Origin: an uncultured delta proteobacterium
Lineage (GTDB): Bacteria > Myxococcota_A > Polyangia > Polyangiales > Polyangiaceae
Direction: 5' to 3'
Length of the DNA: 64,000 nt
Assembly (NCBI GenBank): GCA_963782055.1
Contig: CAWAIF010000003.1
Span: 1,184,001 to 1,248,000, forward strand
Below the pieces are notes generated by a model, which was not told the origin of the DNA, did not search any database, and saw only the letters and a list, made by a program, of their open reading frames with translations. A program made the translations under genes and the position numbers. Positions 23,715 to 32,746 of this stretch are shown here, in pieces (the stretch's first letter is position 1; the number at the start of each line of letters is the position of its first letter).

Positions 23715-24902
23715 TCAGAACGTCACGCGCAGCCCGGCCGTGCGCGCGGCCGGGAGCGGGGCAGGCACCACCGCGCCCGTCGGCGCGACATCCGCCCGGT
23801 CCGGCGCGTTGGTCAGGCCGAGCGCCAGACCCACCCCGAGGGATGTGCCGGAGGCGATGGTGGTGACCAGGCCCGCGGTGAGGATGTCGCCGGCGCTGGA
23901 GCTCTTGTCCACCAGGCCGACGACCAGGATGGGGACGCCGACGAGCAGACCTATGAACCCCAGGGCTCCGAGCACCCCGCCCAGCACGTTGAGGGCCGCC
24001 ACCCCCTTGCCGGCGTGCGGGCGGACGGTGAGCACCAGGCCCGCGGGGAAGAGCATGCCACCCGGGACCTCCACCGCGCGCTCCGCCCCGCCGCGCTTGC
24101 GCACCATGACGAGACCGGCGGGGTCGGTGAGCCACTTCTCGCACGGCATGGTGCACACCAGGCCGCCCGAAGCGTCGCGCAGCGTCCACACGTCGCCGGC
24201 CTTCGCCTCGGGGGCGACCGGCGTGACGAACTTGTAGAGTACACCGAACTTGCGCGCCCGCTCCGCCTCCCCGCTCGTCGCCTTGCCGCTCACCACGCCG
24301 CCCGGCACGCTCCGCGTCTCGGTGTCCGCGGGGATCTCCAGCTCCAGCGTCTTGGCGTCGCGCTCGGCGAGCGTCACCTTCCGGGTCACGACCTGACCCC
24401 TCGGCGTCTTCGCCACCACCGTGTGCTCGCCGGGGTCGAGCCGGCGCGCGATGCCGAGCAGGGAGGAGGGCATGGGCTCGCCGTCGAGGGTCAGCGTGAC
24501 GCCGTCGACCGCGCCCGCGGCGGTGATCGTGAGGGTGGGCACGCGCGCGTGAAGGTCGGTGGCGAGCTTCTGCGCCTCGGCGCGCGCCGCCCTCGAGTGC
24601 GCGGACTCCTTGCTGCTCGCCGGGATGCGACGGACCGCGTTCGCCGTCTCCTCCGCCTCCGCCAGCTCGCCCTTCATGGCCAGCGTGCGGGCGAGCTCCA
24701 GCGACGATGGCGGCGTGTCGTAGAGATCGTGCGCGGCGCGGAGCTTGACCAGCGCCTCGTCCACCTTGCCCTGATCGCGCAGGCGCAGTCCCTCCCGGAA
24801 GAGGTCGCGCGCGGTGGCCACGTCCGCCGCGCTCTGCGCGAGGGCGGGCGTCGCGGCGGCGGCGATGGCAACGGCGACGAGGGCGACGGGGGCGCGGCGC
24901 AT
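23715..24902 (-). CDS. TPR/PEGA-like secreted or membrane protein
   Basis: Signal peptide, ARDLFREG TPR-like helix, LDPGEHTV PEGA-like segment and C-terminal hydrophobic hairpin; follows the kinase. Confidence 0.75.
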   Translation of the reverse strand: MRRAPVALVAVAIAAAATPALAQSAADVATARDLFREGLRLRDQGKVDEALVKLRAAHDLYDTPPSSLELARTLAMKGELAEAEETANAVRRIPASSKESAHSRAARAEAQKLATDLHARVPTLTITAAGAVDGVTLTLDGEPMPSSLLGIARRLDPGEHTVVAKTPRGQVVTRKVTLAERDAKTLELEIPADTETRSVPGGVVSGKATSGEAERARKFGVLYKFVTPVAPEAKAGDVWTLRDASGGLVCTMPCEKWLTDPAGLVMVRKRGGAERAVEVPGGMLFPAGLVLTVRPHAGKGVAALNVLGGVLGALGFIGLLVGVPILVVGLVDKSSSAGDILTAGLVTTIASGTSLGVGLALGLTNAPDRADVAPTGAVVPAPLPAARTAGLRVTF

Positions 24903-24915
24903 CGTGGGTCGGAGC

Positions 24916-26265
24916 TCAGTCGATGGAGGTGCGGTCGAAGGAGGCGGCGGGGGCTGTCTTCGGCGGGTGGGTCGGCGAGGGCTTCGCGGTCGGGTGTACG
25001 GCGGGGGGCGGCGGGACCTTCCCTCGAGGCGCCGCCGTCGCGTGGGGTCCCGGCGCGGGCGGCGGGGCAGTCGAGGCCGCGGCCGACGCGCTCGGCGCGA
25101 CCACAGGCGTCAGCGGCGCGAGCGGAGGTGACGCCGCCGTCTCGCTCACCACGGGCGCGGGGTCGGGCGGCGCGGCGGGCGAGGGGACGGGGTGCGAGCG
25201 CATCAGCACCACCAGCAGGATGACGCCCGCGCCGGCGACGGCCGCGATGAGCGCGATGAGCACGGCGATGGCCGCGTTGCTCCGCCGCGCGGCCCTCGTC
25301 GACGGGCCCGGACCGACGCTCGTCGGCGCGTTCGTGGTGGACCCCAGCTTCCCGACTGGTGGCAGCTCGGCGGAGGGCACGCTCGGCGCCGTCGCCGCGA
25401 GGGCGAGCGGCACGCCCCCGAGCGTCACCGCCTCGAAGGACTCGGCGAGCTCGCGCGCCGTCGCGAAGCGGTCCTCCGCCCGCCGCGCGCACGCCCTGGC
25501 GAACCACCTGTCGACCGCGGGGGACAGGCGGGGGCTCGACGCGGAGGGGACCGGCATGGGCGCCGAGCAGATCGCCACGGCCAGCGCGCCGACCGTCTCG
25601 CCCTGGAAGGGCTTGCGCCCGGTGAGCATCTCGAAGGCCATGACGCCGACGGCCCAGAGATCGGCGCGCAGGTCCACGCTCCGCGAGCCGAGCGCCTGCT
25701 CCGGGCTCATGTAGTACGGCGTGCCCATGATCGCGCCGGTGCTCGTCGTATCCAGGCCGCCCTGCAGCTCCCCGCTCGCCTTGGCGATGCCGAAGTCCAG
25801 CAGCTTCACGAACGCCTCGCCCCCGCCCACATGGCAGAGAAAGACGTTGTTGGGCTTGATGTCGCGGTGGACGATCCCCCGCTCGTGCGCCCGCGCCAGC
25901 GCCTTGCACACCTGCCCGATGACCATGGCGGCGTCCCCGGGCGGGACCGGTCCGCGGGTGAGGCGCGCGGCGAGGTCCTCCCCCTCCAGCAGCTCCATCA
26001 CGATGAAGGGGACGCCGTCGGGGGTGACGCCGTGGTCGAAGATCTGCACGACGTGCGGGCTCTTCACGTTGGCGGCCGCGGCGGCCTCGCGGGAGAAGCG
26101 CGCCTTGCTGTCCGCGTCGCCCGCGAGGTCGGGACGCATCAGCTTGACGACGACCTCGGTCCGTAGCGTCAGGTGCTCCGCCACCCACACGCTGCCCATT
26201 CCGCCCGCGCCGAGCGGCCGGAGCAGCCGGATGGTCGGGGTGATCATCGCCCCTTCGGAGAGCAC
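24916..26265 (-). CDS. Hanks-type Ser/Thr protein kinase with TM segment (start uncertain: 26265 or 26247)
   Basis: LGAGGMGSVW, HRDIKPNN, DFG and GTPYYMSPEQ; TM segment and Pro-rich tail. Confidence 0.93.
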   Translation of the reverse strand: MLSEGAMITPTIRLLRPLGAGGMGSVWVAEHLTLRTEVVVKLMRPDLAGDADSKARFSREAAAAANVKSPHVVQIFDHGVTPDGVPFIVMELLEGEDLAARLTRGPVPPGDAAMVIGQVCKALARAHERGIVHRDIKPNNVFLCHVGGGEAFVKLLDFGIAKASGELQGGLDTTSTGAIMGTPYYMSPEQALGSRSVDLRADLWAVGVMAFEMLTGRKPFQGETVGALAVAICSAPMPVPSASSPRLSPAVDRWFARACARRAEDRFATARELAESFEAVTLGGVPLALAATAPSVPSAELPPVGKLGSTTNAPTSVGPGPSTRAARRSNAAIAVLIALIAAVAGAGVILLVVLMRSHPVPSPAAPPDPAPVVSETAASPPLAPLTPVVAPSASAAASTAPPPAPGPHATAAPRGKVPPPPAVHPTAKPSPTHPPKTAPAASFDRTSID

Positions 26266-26362
26266 GGCGCGAAGGTAGCACACGGCCACGGCAGCCGCCG
26301 CCGCCCCGGCGCGCGCAGGACGGCATGGTCGTCGGCGTCGAGAGGCGCTATAGGGCTGCGCC

Positions 26363-27040
26363 ATGCGCGTTCGCCGGCCGGTCGTCCGTTCCTTCAAAGA
26401 GCAGTTCGTGCGTGAGTGCGCGGCCTGGGTTCGCTCGGGCGGTCACGCCGTTCTCTGGGCCTCCCCCCGTCGCGCGCGGCTGGTCGTCCCGCCGCCGGAC
26501 GAGGCCAACGACGCGGACCTCGGCCTCTGGTCGATGATGGACCTCGGCAAGTCCACGTGGAACGTGGACCACCGCGGCACGCTGCGCGGCCTGGCCGTCA
26601 CGCCCGTCCCGCGCGATTGCCTGGACGTGGTGCGCATGCGCGCCGAGCGCGACTCCGTCCACCGCGGCCCCTTCCGCACCATCGAGCTGGACTGCCTGGA
26701 GTGCGGCGCGTGCTGCCGGTCGAACGAGGTGGTGCTCGAGAAGGCCGACCTCCGCCGCTTCGACGAGGCCGGTCGTCCGGAGCTGTATCGACCGCCCTAC
26801 GCCATCCGCAAGCGCGACGGCCGCGTCATCCTGCGCCTGAAGAAGGACGGTCGCTGCAAGCACCTGGGCGAGGACAACATGTGTGCAGTCTACACATTCC
26901 GCCCCGAGGCCTGCCGCGAGTTCCCCGCCGGGAGCGAGTGCTGCCTCTGGGCCCGTTACGAGGAGCTGGACCTCATGGACGGCGCTCCGCCCAGTCGGGG
27001 CGGCGGCAAGGGCCGCCCCTCCCCGCCGGGTAGCTCGTAG
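26363..27040 (+). CDS. YkgJ-family cysteine-cluster (CxxCxxCC) protein with N-terminal extension
   Basis: CLECGACC, CKHLGEDNMCAVYTFRPEACREFP. Confidence 0.88.
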   Translation: MRVRRPVVRSFKEQFVRECAAWVRSGGHAVLWASPRRARLVVPPPDEANDADLGLWSMMDLGKSTWNVDHRGTLRGLAVTPVPRDCLDVVRMRAERDSVHRGPFRTIELDCLECGACCRSNEVVLEKADLRRFDEAGRPELYRPPYAIRKRDGRVILRLKKDGRCKHLGEDNMCAVYTFRPEACREFPAGSECCLWARYEELDLMDGAPPSRGGGKGRPSPPGSS

Positions 27041-27043
27041 GCC

Positions 27044-27610
27044 TCACTGAGGGGCGCAGAGGAAGCGGTCGTCGATGTACGCCGACGTGTAGCGCGCCAC
27101 GACGCGCGCGGCGTCACGCATGCGCGAGCCGGACGCGAACGAGCCGGTCACCTTCGCCTTGGTGCGGATCTCGTCATAGAGCTTCTGGCCGGAGGCGTCG
27201 TAGATGTCGACCGTGATCTGCGCCTCGGCCGGCTTGGACACGATGACCGCCTCGAACCCGGGCTCCCAGTGCGTGAAGGAGGCGCGCATCAAGAACACGT
27301 TCGGCCCGGCGGCGGGCGCCGGGACGACGAGCGACGGGTGGCGCTGGGCGAGCTCGTCGCGGAAGATGGAGCTGAAGGCCGCCTTGTCCTGCTGGTAGCT
27401 CGCCTGCTGCTCCGGCGACTTGTCGGCGGCGTATCGCGCGTCCGGCTCGTCCCCGACGATGAGCTTGTTCGTCGCGACGTCGGCCACGGCGAGCCGGCAC
27501 TGGGCGTGGACGAACGGGTTGGGCACGGCCTCACGGACGACGACGTACGGCTTGCTGCATGCCACGGCGAAGGAGGCGGCGGCGATGGCCACGGCGAGCT
27601 GGGTCTTCAT
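27044..27610 (-). CDS. Hypothetical lipoprotein
   Basis: MKTQLAVAIAAASFAVAC lipobox. Confidence 0.75.
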   Translation of the reverse strand: MKTQLAVAIAAASFAVACSKPYVVVREAVPNPFVHAQCRLAVADVATNKLIVGDEPDARYAADKSPEQQASYQQDKAAFSSIFRDELAQRHPSLVVPAPAAGPNVFLMRASFTHWEPGFEAVIVSKPAEAQITVDIYDASGQKLYDEIRTKAKVTGSFASGSRMRDAARVVARYTSAYIDDRFLCAPQ

Positions 27611-27624
27611 GGTCCCGGAGGGTA

Positions 27625-28371
27625 TCAGGGACTGCGGGCGATCGCGTGGCCAACGAAGAAGGGCCCCATCTGCACGATGTACTCGGAGGTTTGCCGCGTC
27701 TTTCGCATGGCCTGCACCAGGTGCGAGAGGGGGTGCAGCTCGGCGCCGACGAGGCCGAGGACGAACTCGTTGTCGCGGGCGTCCAGCCCGTGGCAGGCCA
27801 GGCGCACGTCGTGGGCGAGGTCCTGCTGGCCGTAGGCGTGGCCGATCACCGCGTGCTCGCGCATCATGTCGGCGACGGCCGTCGGCTCCAGCCGGGAGAA
27901 GGCGCCGCTGCGCCGGAGCGGGTACCAGACGTGCCAGGGCCAGCGCTCGTCCAGCACGTTCTGGACCGGGCGCTCCAGCAGCCAGTGCAGCAGGTTCGGC
28001 TCGTGGCCCGTCGCGTACGTGCGGCCGACCATGCCGAAGTCCGGCCGCAGCACCGCCCGCGCCAGGATGCCGGAGAAGAGCGGGCGCACGTCCCGCACGA
28101 AGCACGCCGGGTCCTCGCCCCAGGTGAGCAGGCCCATCCCGCGCGGGCCCATGGTGTCGGCGTAGACGACGCCGCCCAGCCCGCGCTCGCGCATCGCAGC
28201 GGAGAGCTCCCGCGGCTTGTCCGCCACCTCCTCCGCGGGCAGGTCGAAGACCAGCAGCTGCATGAAGAGGCGACGGTTGGCGCTCTGCCGCTCGCCGTCC
28301 TTCTTGCCGCCGTACTCGTTGACGTCGATCGTCGGGAGCCCGGAGGTCTTGGCCTCGGTGTCTTGGCTCAT
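27625..28371 (-). CDS. Chlorite dismutase/coproheme decarboxylase superfamily heme protein
   Basis: WYPLRR, MREHAVIG (proximal His), GLDARDNEF and LVQAMR. Confidence 0.85.
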   Translation of the reverse strand: MSQDTEAKTSGLPTIDVNEYGGKKDGERQSANRRLFMQLLVFDLPAEEVADKPRELSAAMRERGLGGVVYADTMGPRGMGLLTWGEDPACFVRDVRPLFSGILARAVLRPDFGMVGRTYATGHEPNLLHWLLERPVQNVLDERWPWHVWYPLRRSGAFSRLEPTAVADMMREHAVIGHAYGQQDLAHDVRLACHGLDARDNEFVLGLVGAELHPLSHLVQAMRKTRQTSEYIVQMGPFFVGHAIARSP

Positions 28372-28455
28372 GGGCGCGCAGCATACCGAGTCGCGGCGCC
28401 GAGCGCACGCGCCACTCCAGGTGGCCCGCATGCAGCCGGGGAGTAAGCTTCACGG

Positions 28456-28917
28456 ATGCTCATGTCCCGGACACGCGCGCTCGGCGTGCTCTCCATCCTC
28501 GCGGCGGCCGCCGCGGGATGCGGCGGCGGGACGCCCCCGCCCTCGGCCGTGCAGACGCAGGCCCACGACGTCCACGCCACCGACGCGCTGCTCCAGCAGG
28601 GCGGGTGGCGCCTGGTCTCCTTCCAGCCGGAGGTGGCGCCGGACCCCATGTTCGCCGCGCTGCTGGCCTCGCAGGTCGGCCAGCTCGTCGTGCACTTCGG
28701 CCAGGGGCAGATGCACGCCGACTCGCCCACGCTGCACCTGACGCGGGCGTACCGCGTCATCGACGCCGCGGGACCGTCCTTCCGCCTGGAGTCGCCGGAT
28801 TACGGCGGCGGGACGCTGGTGACCAGCGCGCAGCTCTCGGAGGACGGGCAGCACATCGCCTTCCACGCCGACACCGACCCGTTCCGCGGGAGCGGGACGC
28901 TCGTGCACGTGCCGTGA
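28456..28917 (+). CDS. Hypothetical lipoprotein
   Basis: Hydrophobic signal ending AAGC. Confidence 0.7.
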   Translation: MLMSRTRALGVLSILAAAAAGCGGGTPPPSAVQTQAHDVHATDALLQQGGWRLVSFQPEVAPDPMFAALLASQVGQLVVHFGQGQMHADSPTLHLTRAYRVIDAAGPSFRLESPDYGGGTLVTSAQLSEDGQHIAFHADTDPFRGSGTLVHVP

Positions 28918-28920
28918 CCT

Positions 28921-29676
28921 TCAGCCGAAGGTGACGATGAGCGGGGCGTGGTCGCTCGTGCCGAACTCGCGGCATACCCGGTAGGTGTCCGCCTTCTCCG
29001 CGAGAGAGGGCGACGCGAGGACGTAGTCGATGCGCCAGCCGGCGTTGCGCTGGCGTGAGTTGCGCCAGTACGGCCACCAGGTGAAGAGGTCCTCGGCGTC
29101 CGGCGCGAGCCGGCGCGTCACGTCGACGAGCTGACCCTCCAGCAGCTCCTCGAAGAGAGATCGCTCGTCGGGGCGCTGGCCGATCATCGCCTCGTTGCGC
29201 TGGTTCTTGTACACGTCGGCCGGGGCGCGCGCGACGTTGAGGTCGCCGCAGAGGACCACCTCCTCGCCGGCGAGGACCTTCGGGTAGCCCGCGAGCCTCT
29301 TCATGAACTCGATCTTGGCCGCGTAGTCCTTGCCGCCGTTGGGGACGTACATGGAGACGAAGACGCGGCCGCCGGCATGCGCCTCCACCACCCGCGACTC
29401 CATGTCGAAGTCGGGGTGCGCGAAGCGCGGCTTCTCCGGGAAGCGCTCCTTGCGCAGGTGGACGCTCACCCCGGAGTAGCCGCCCTTGCCGTGGAAGTAG
29501 CCGTGGTAGTCCGGCAGGCCGGCGAGGCCCCAGAGCGACGCCGGGAGCTGCTCGGGCGTCGCCTTGGTCTCCTGGAAGCAGGCCACGTCCGGCTTCTCCT
29601 CGTCGAGGAGCGCGAGCACCTCCTTCTCGCGCGCGCGGATCCCGTTGACGTTCCACGTGAGTACCTTGAGCGTCAC
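28921..29676 (-). CDS. xth: Exodeoxyribonuclease III / AP endonuclease
   Basis: TWNVNGIR, QETK, YVPNG, GDLN, WRIDY and SDHAP. Confidence 0.93.
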   Translation of the reverse strand: MTLKVLTWNVNGIRAREKEVLALLDEEKPDVACFQETKATPEQLPASLWGLAGLPDYHGYFHGKGGYSGVSVHLRKERFPEKPRFAHPDFDMESRVVEAHAGGRVFVSMYVPNGGKDYAAKIEFMKRLAGYPKVLAGEEVVLCGDLNVARAPADVYKNQRNEAMIGQRPDERSLFEELLEGQLVDVTRRLAPDAEDLFTWWPYWRNSRQRNAGWRIDYVLASPSLAEKADTYRVCREFGTSDHAPLIVTFG

Positions 29677-29739
29677 GCGGGCATCCTGCGACAGGCCCAC
29701 CCCCTTTGCAACGAGGAGCCCGGGCTCACGCGCGGCGCG

Positions 29740-31218
29740 TCACGGCACCGACGCGAGCCCCAGCCACCGGCCCTCCGCGCTCGGCACGAAGCTCGACGCG
29801 CGCGCGCTCACCACCGCGATCTGGTCCTCGTGCCAGAGCGGGATCCAGTAGGCCTGCGCCAGCACGCGATCCTCCAGCTTCGCGTAGTCGGCGCGGCGCG
29901 CGTCGCGGTCGGTGGTGGCGTCGCCGGCGTCCAGCAGCGCGTCCACGTCCGGGTCGCGTACCCGCGAGCGGTTCGCTCCTGCCGGCGGGATGGAAGTCGA
30001 GTGCAGGAAGACGCGCAGCACGTTGGGCTCGGTGAGCTCGGGGATCTGGAGGATGGCGGCGTCGAAGTCCCCCGACGAGAGGCGCGCGAGCAGCGTCCCC
30101 AGCTCCAGCGGCACCACCTCCACCTCGAAGCCCACGTCCTCCAGCTCCTGCGCGACCACCCGGGCGATGGAGACGCGCAGGCGCTCGGTGGAGGTGAGAA
30201 AAGTGCAATGTACATGCATCCCGCCGAGCAGCGCGCGCGCCCTCGCCACGTCCCGCGCCGGCAGGTCGGGCCGCGGGGTGTACGACCAGTGCCCGGGCGG
30301 CAGCAGCCCCGTCGCCAGGCGCGCGCGCCCCTCCAGCAGGTACTTCACGATCGCCCGCCGGTCGATCCCCAGCTCCACCGCGCGCCGGCGGTCCGCCCCG
30401 GCGAAGACGCCCTGGTCGGTGCGGAAGAGGAGGTACGTCAGGTTCGCCCCCGGCCGCGCCTTCACCTCCACGCCCTTCTCGCGCTCCAGCGCGGGGAGCA
30501 CCGCCGGGGAGACGCCGTTGACCATGACGTCGGCGCGGCCGCCCAGCACGCGCATGACCCGCGCGTTCTCGTCGTGGACGGTGCGGATGCGCAGGCCGTG
30601 GTGCGGGCGCGGCAACGGCGAGCCGTCCGCCGGCTCCAGATCCACCTCCCCGGTCGAGACGGCCTTCACCACGTACGGCCCCAGCCCGTCCAGCGCGCCC
30701 TTCGGGTCGGGCGGCCCCGCGGCCTGGTCGGCGCGCAGGATGGGCACCTCCAGGTCGCTCAACAGCGTGGCGTGCGGGCGGGCGAGGTGAAAGACCACGT
30801 GCGTCGCGTCCACCGCCTCCACGCGGGCCAGCGCGTCGAACACGTGCGTGTGGCGCGAGGCCACCTTCGGGTCGCGGAACGCCGCGAGCGTGGCGACGAC
30901 GTCCCGTGCGGTGAGCGGGGCGCCGGAGTGGAAGTGCACGTCCCGCCGCAGGGTCACCTCGAGCGTGAGAGGATCCCGGTAGCGGTACGACTCCGCCGCG
31001 TAGGGCCGTGGCTCGAGCGTGTCCGGGTCGAGCCGCGTCAGGCCTGCGTGCACCAGCCGCGTGACGCGCATGCCCACCGCGTCCACCACGTAGCGCGGGT
31101 CGAGCGTCTCGGCGTCGTTCGGCACGACCACCTCGAGCGCGGCGTCGGCGGCGTGCGTCGTGCCCGGCCGGCACGCCAGCACCGGCAGCAGCAGCGCGAG
31201 CCATTTCCCTTTCGCGAG
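29740..31218 (-). CDS. ABC transporter substrate-binding lipoprotein, family 5 (OppA/DppA-like); start codon unclear
   Basis: TLDPRY, LRRDVHFHSG..TARDV, GLGPY, RRAVELGIDR and IPLWH; lipobox-like VLAC. No in-frame ATG, GTG or TTG precedes the signal. Confidence 0.85.
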   Translation of the reverse strand, partial: LAKGKWLALLLPVLACRPGTTHAADAALEVVVPNDAETLDPRYVVDAVGMRVTRLVHAGLTRLDPDTLEPRPYAAESYRYRDPLTLEVTLRRDVHFHSGAPLTARDVVATLAAFRDPKVASRHTHVFDALARVEAVDATHVVFHLARPHATLLSDLEVPILRADQAAGPPDPKGALDGLGPYVVKAVSTGEVDLEPADGSPLPRPHHGLRIRTVHDENARVMRVLGGRADVMVNGVSPAVLPALEREKGVEVKARPGANLTYLLFRTDQGVFAGADRRRAVELGIDRRAIVKYLLEGRARLATGLLPPGHWSYTPRPDLPARDVARARALLGGMHVHCTFLTSTERLRVSIARVVAQELEDVGFEVEVVPLELGTLLARLSSGDFDAAILQIPELTEPNVLRVFLHSTSIPPAGANRSRVRDPDVDALLDAGDATTDRDARRADYAKLEDRVLAQAYWIPLWHEDQIAVVSARASSFVPSAEGRWLGLASVP

Positions 31219-31245
31219 CCGCCGACGCGTTGTATCGAACCGTCC

Positions 31246-32709
31246 ATGCGTGCCAGCCTGCTCGCGACCGCCGTGCTGGTGGGCGTCCTCGCCGCCGCCG
31301 GCGACGTCCGCTCGCAGGCGCCGGCGCCCGCCGCCCACACGGCCGTCTCCTCCCCCGCGCTCGACGCCGCGGTGCGCGCGCTCGTCGCCACCCGTGGCCT
31401 GGAGGGCGCCGCCATCGGCGTCGCCATCCTCGACGTCGCCTCCGGCAAGATGCTGGCCTCTCACAACGAGCATGTCCCGCTCAATCCCGCGTCCAACGCG
31501 AAGCTTTACACCGCCTCGGCCGCCCTGGCGATCCTTCACGGCGAGCACCGCTACGAGACGAGCCTCAGCGGTAAGGAGACGGACGGCGCGGTCGGGTCGC
31601 TCACCCTGCGCGGCTACGGCGACCCGTCGCTCTCCGGCGACGACCTCGCCGGCATGGCGGAGGACCTGCGCGAGCGCGGCGTGCGCCGCGTCGACGGCGA
31701 CATCCTGGTGGACGAGCGCTTCTTCGACGAAAATAACACCCCGCCCGCCTACGACCAGAAGCCGGGTGAGTGGGCAGCCTTCCGCGCGCCCATCTGCGCC
31801 CTCGCGGTGAACGAGGACACCGTGACCCTGACGGTGCGTCCCGGCAAGCCGGGGGACACCGCGCACGCCTACTTCGAGCCATACGGCTTCGTCGACGTGG
31901 AGGGCTCGGTCAAGACGGGCGAGGGCGCCGGCGCCGACACCATCGGCCTCGCCCTGACGCCGAACGGCAAGCGCATGTCCGCGAAGCTCTCCGGCACCGT
32001 CGGCACCGATGCCCACCTGGTCCGCTTCACGCGCCGCGTGGAGGACCCGTCGCTGCTCGCCGGCTACGTCCTGCGCGCCGCGCTGGACCACCTGGGCATG
32101 AAGGTCTCGGGCGAGGTGAAGGCGGGCCACGGCAAGGGCCCGGTCCTGGTGCGCCACCACTCCGCGCCGCTCTCCAACCTGCTCTACGCGCTCGGCAAGA
32201 ACAGCGACAACTTCTACGCCGAGATGATCTTCAAGTCTCTCGCGGCCGAGCACAAGGGCCGCCCGGCGAAGGACGCGGACGCGGCGGAGACCGTGCTGAA
32301 GTACACCCGCGACGTCGGCGCCTACGATCAGGGCGTGGTGATCAAGAACGGCTCCGGCCTCTACGACGCCAACCGCGTCACCCCCACCAGCGTCGTCAAG
32401 CTCCTGCGCGCGAGCTGGCAGAACCCGGCCATCGCCCCGGAGTACGTGGCGATGCTCTCCATCGGCGGCGTCGACGGTACGCTTCACAAGCGCCTGCGCG
32501 CCGACAGGACACGCCGCGCGGTGCGCGCCAAGACCGGCACGCTCAACGACGTCATCGCCCTCTCCGGCTACGTGTTCGGCCCGCCCGGCAAGGGCCCCAT
32601 CGCCTTCTCCATCCTCTTCAACAAGGTGGAGGGGAAGGCCTCGGTGGCGCGCCTCGCGGCCGATCGCGTGGTCGAGGCGATCCTGCGGCAGCTCTGGCCG
32701 AGCGAGTAG
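31246..32709 (+). CDS. dacB: D-alanyl-D-alanine carboxypeptidase/endopeptidase (PBP4, peptidase S13)
   Basis: PASNAK (SxxK), GDPSL, SDN, NGSGL and AKTGTL. Confidence 0.95.
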   Translation: MRASLLATAVLVGVLAAAGDVRSQAPAPAAHTAVSSPALDAAVRALVATRGLEGAAIGVAILDVASGKMLASHNEHVPLNPASNAKLYTASAALAILHGEHRYETSLSGKETDGAVGSLTLRGYGDPSLSGDDLAGMAEDLRERGVRRVDGDILVDERFFDENNTPPAYDQKPGEWAAFRAPICALAVNEDTVTLTVRPGKPGDTAHAYFEPYGFVDVEGSVKTGEGAGADTIGLALTPNGKRMSAKLSGTVGTDAHLVRFTRRVEDPSLLAGYVLRAALDHLGMKVSGEVKAGHGKGPVLVRHHSAPLSNLLYALGKNSDNFYAEMIFKSLAAEHKGRPAKDADAAETVLKYTRDVGAYDQGVVIKNGSGLYDANRVTPTSVVKLLRASWQNPAIAPEYVAMLSIGGVDGTLHKRLRADRTRRAVRAKTGTLNDVIALSGYVFGPPGKGPIAFSILFNKVEGKASVARLAADRVVEAILRQLWPSE

Positions 32710-32746
32710 GGTACGCTGCAGGAGCCGCTCCGGCGGCGTGGTCAGG

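Noticed and set aside
23715..26265. Kinase plus TPR/PEGA gene pair as a novel system
   Set aside because: A common arrangement in myxobacteria; listed as features only.
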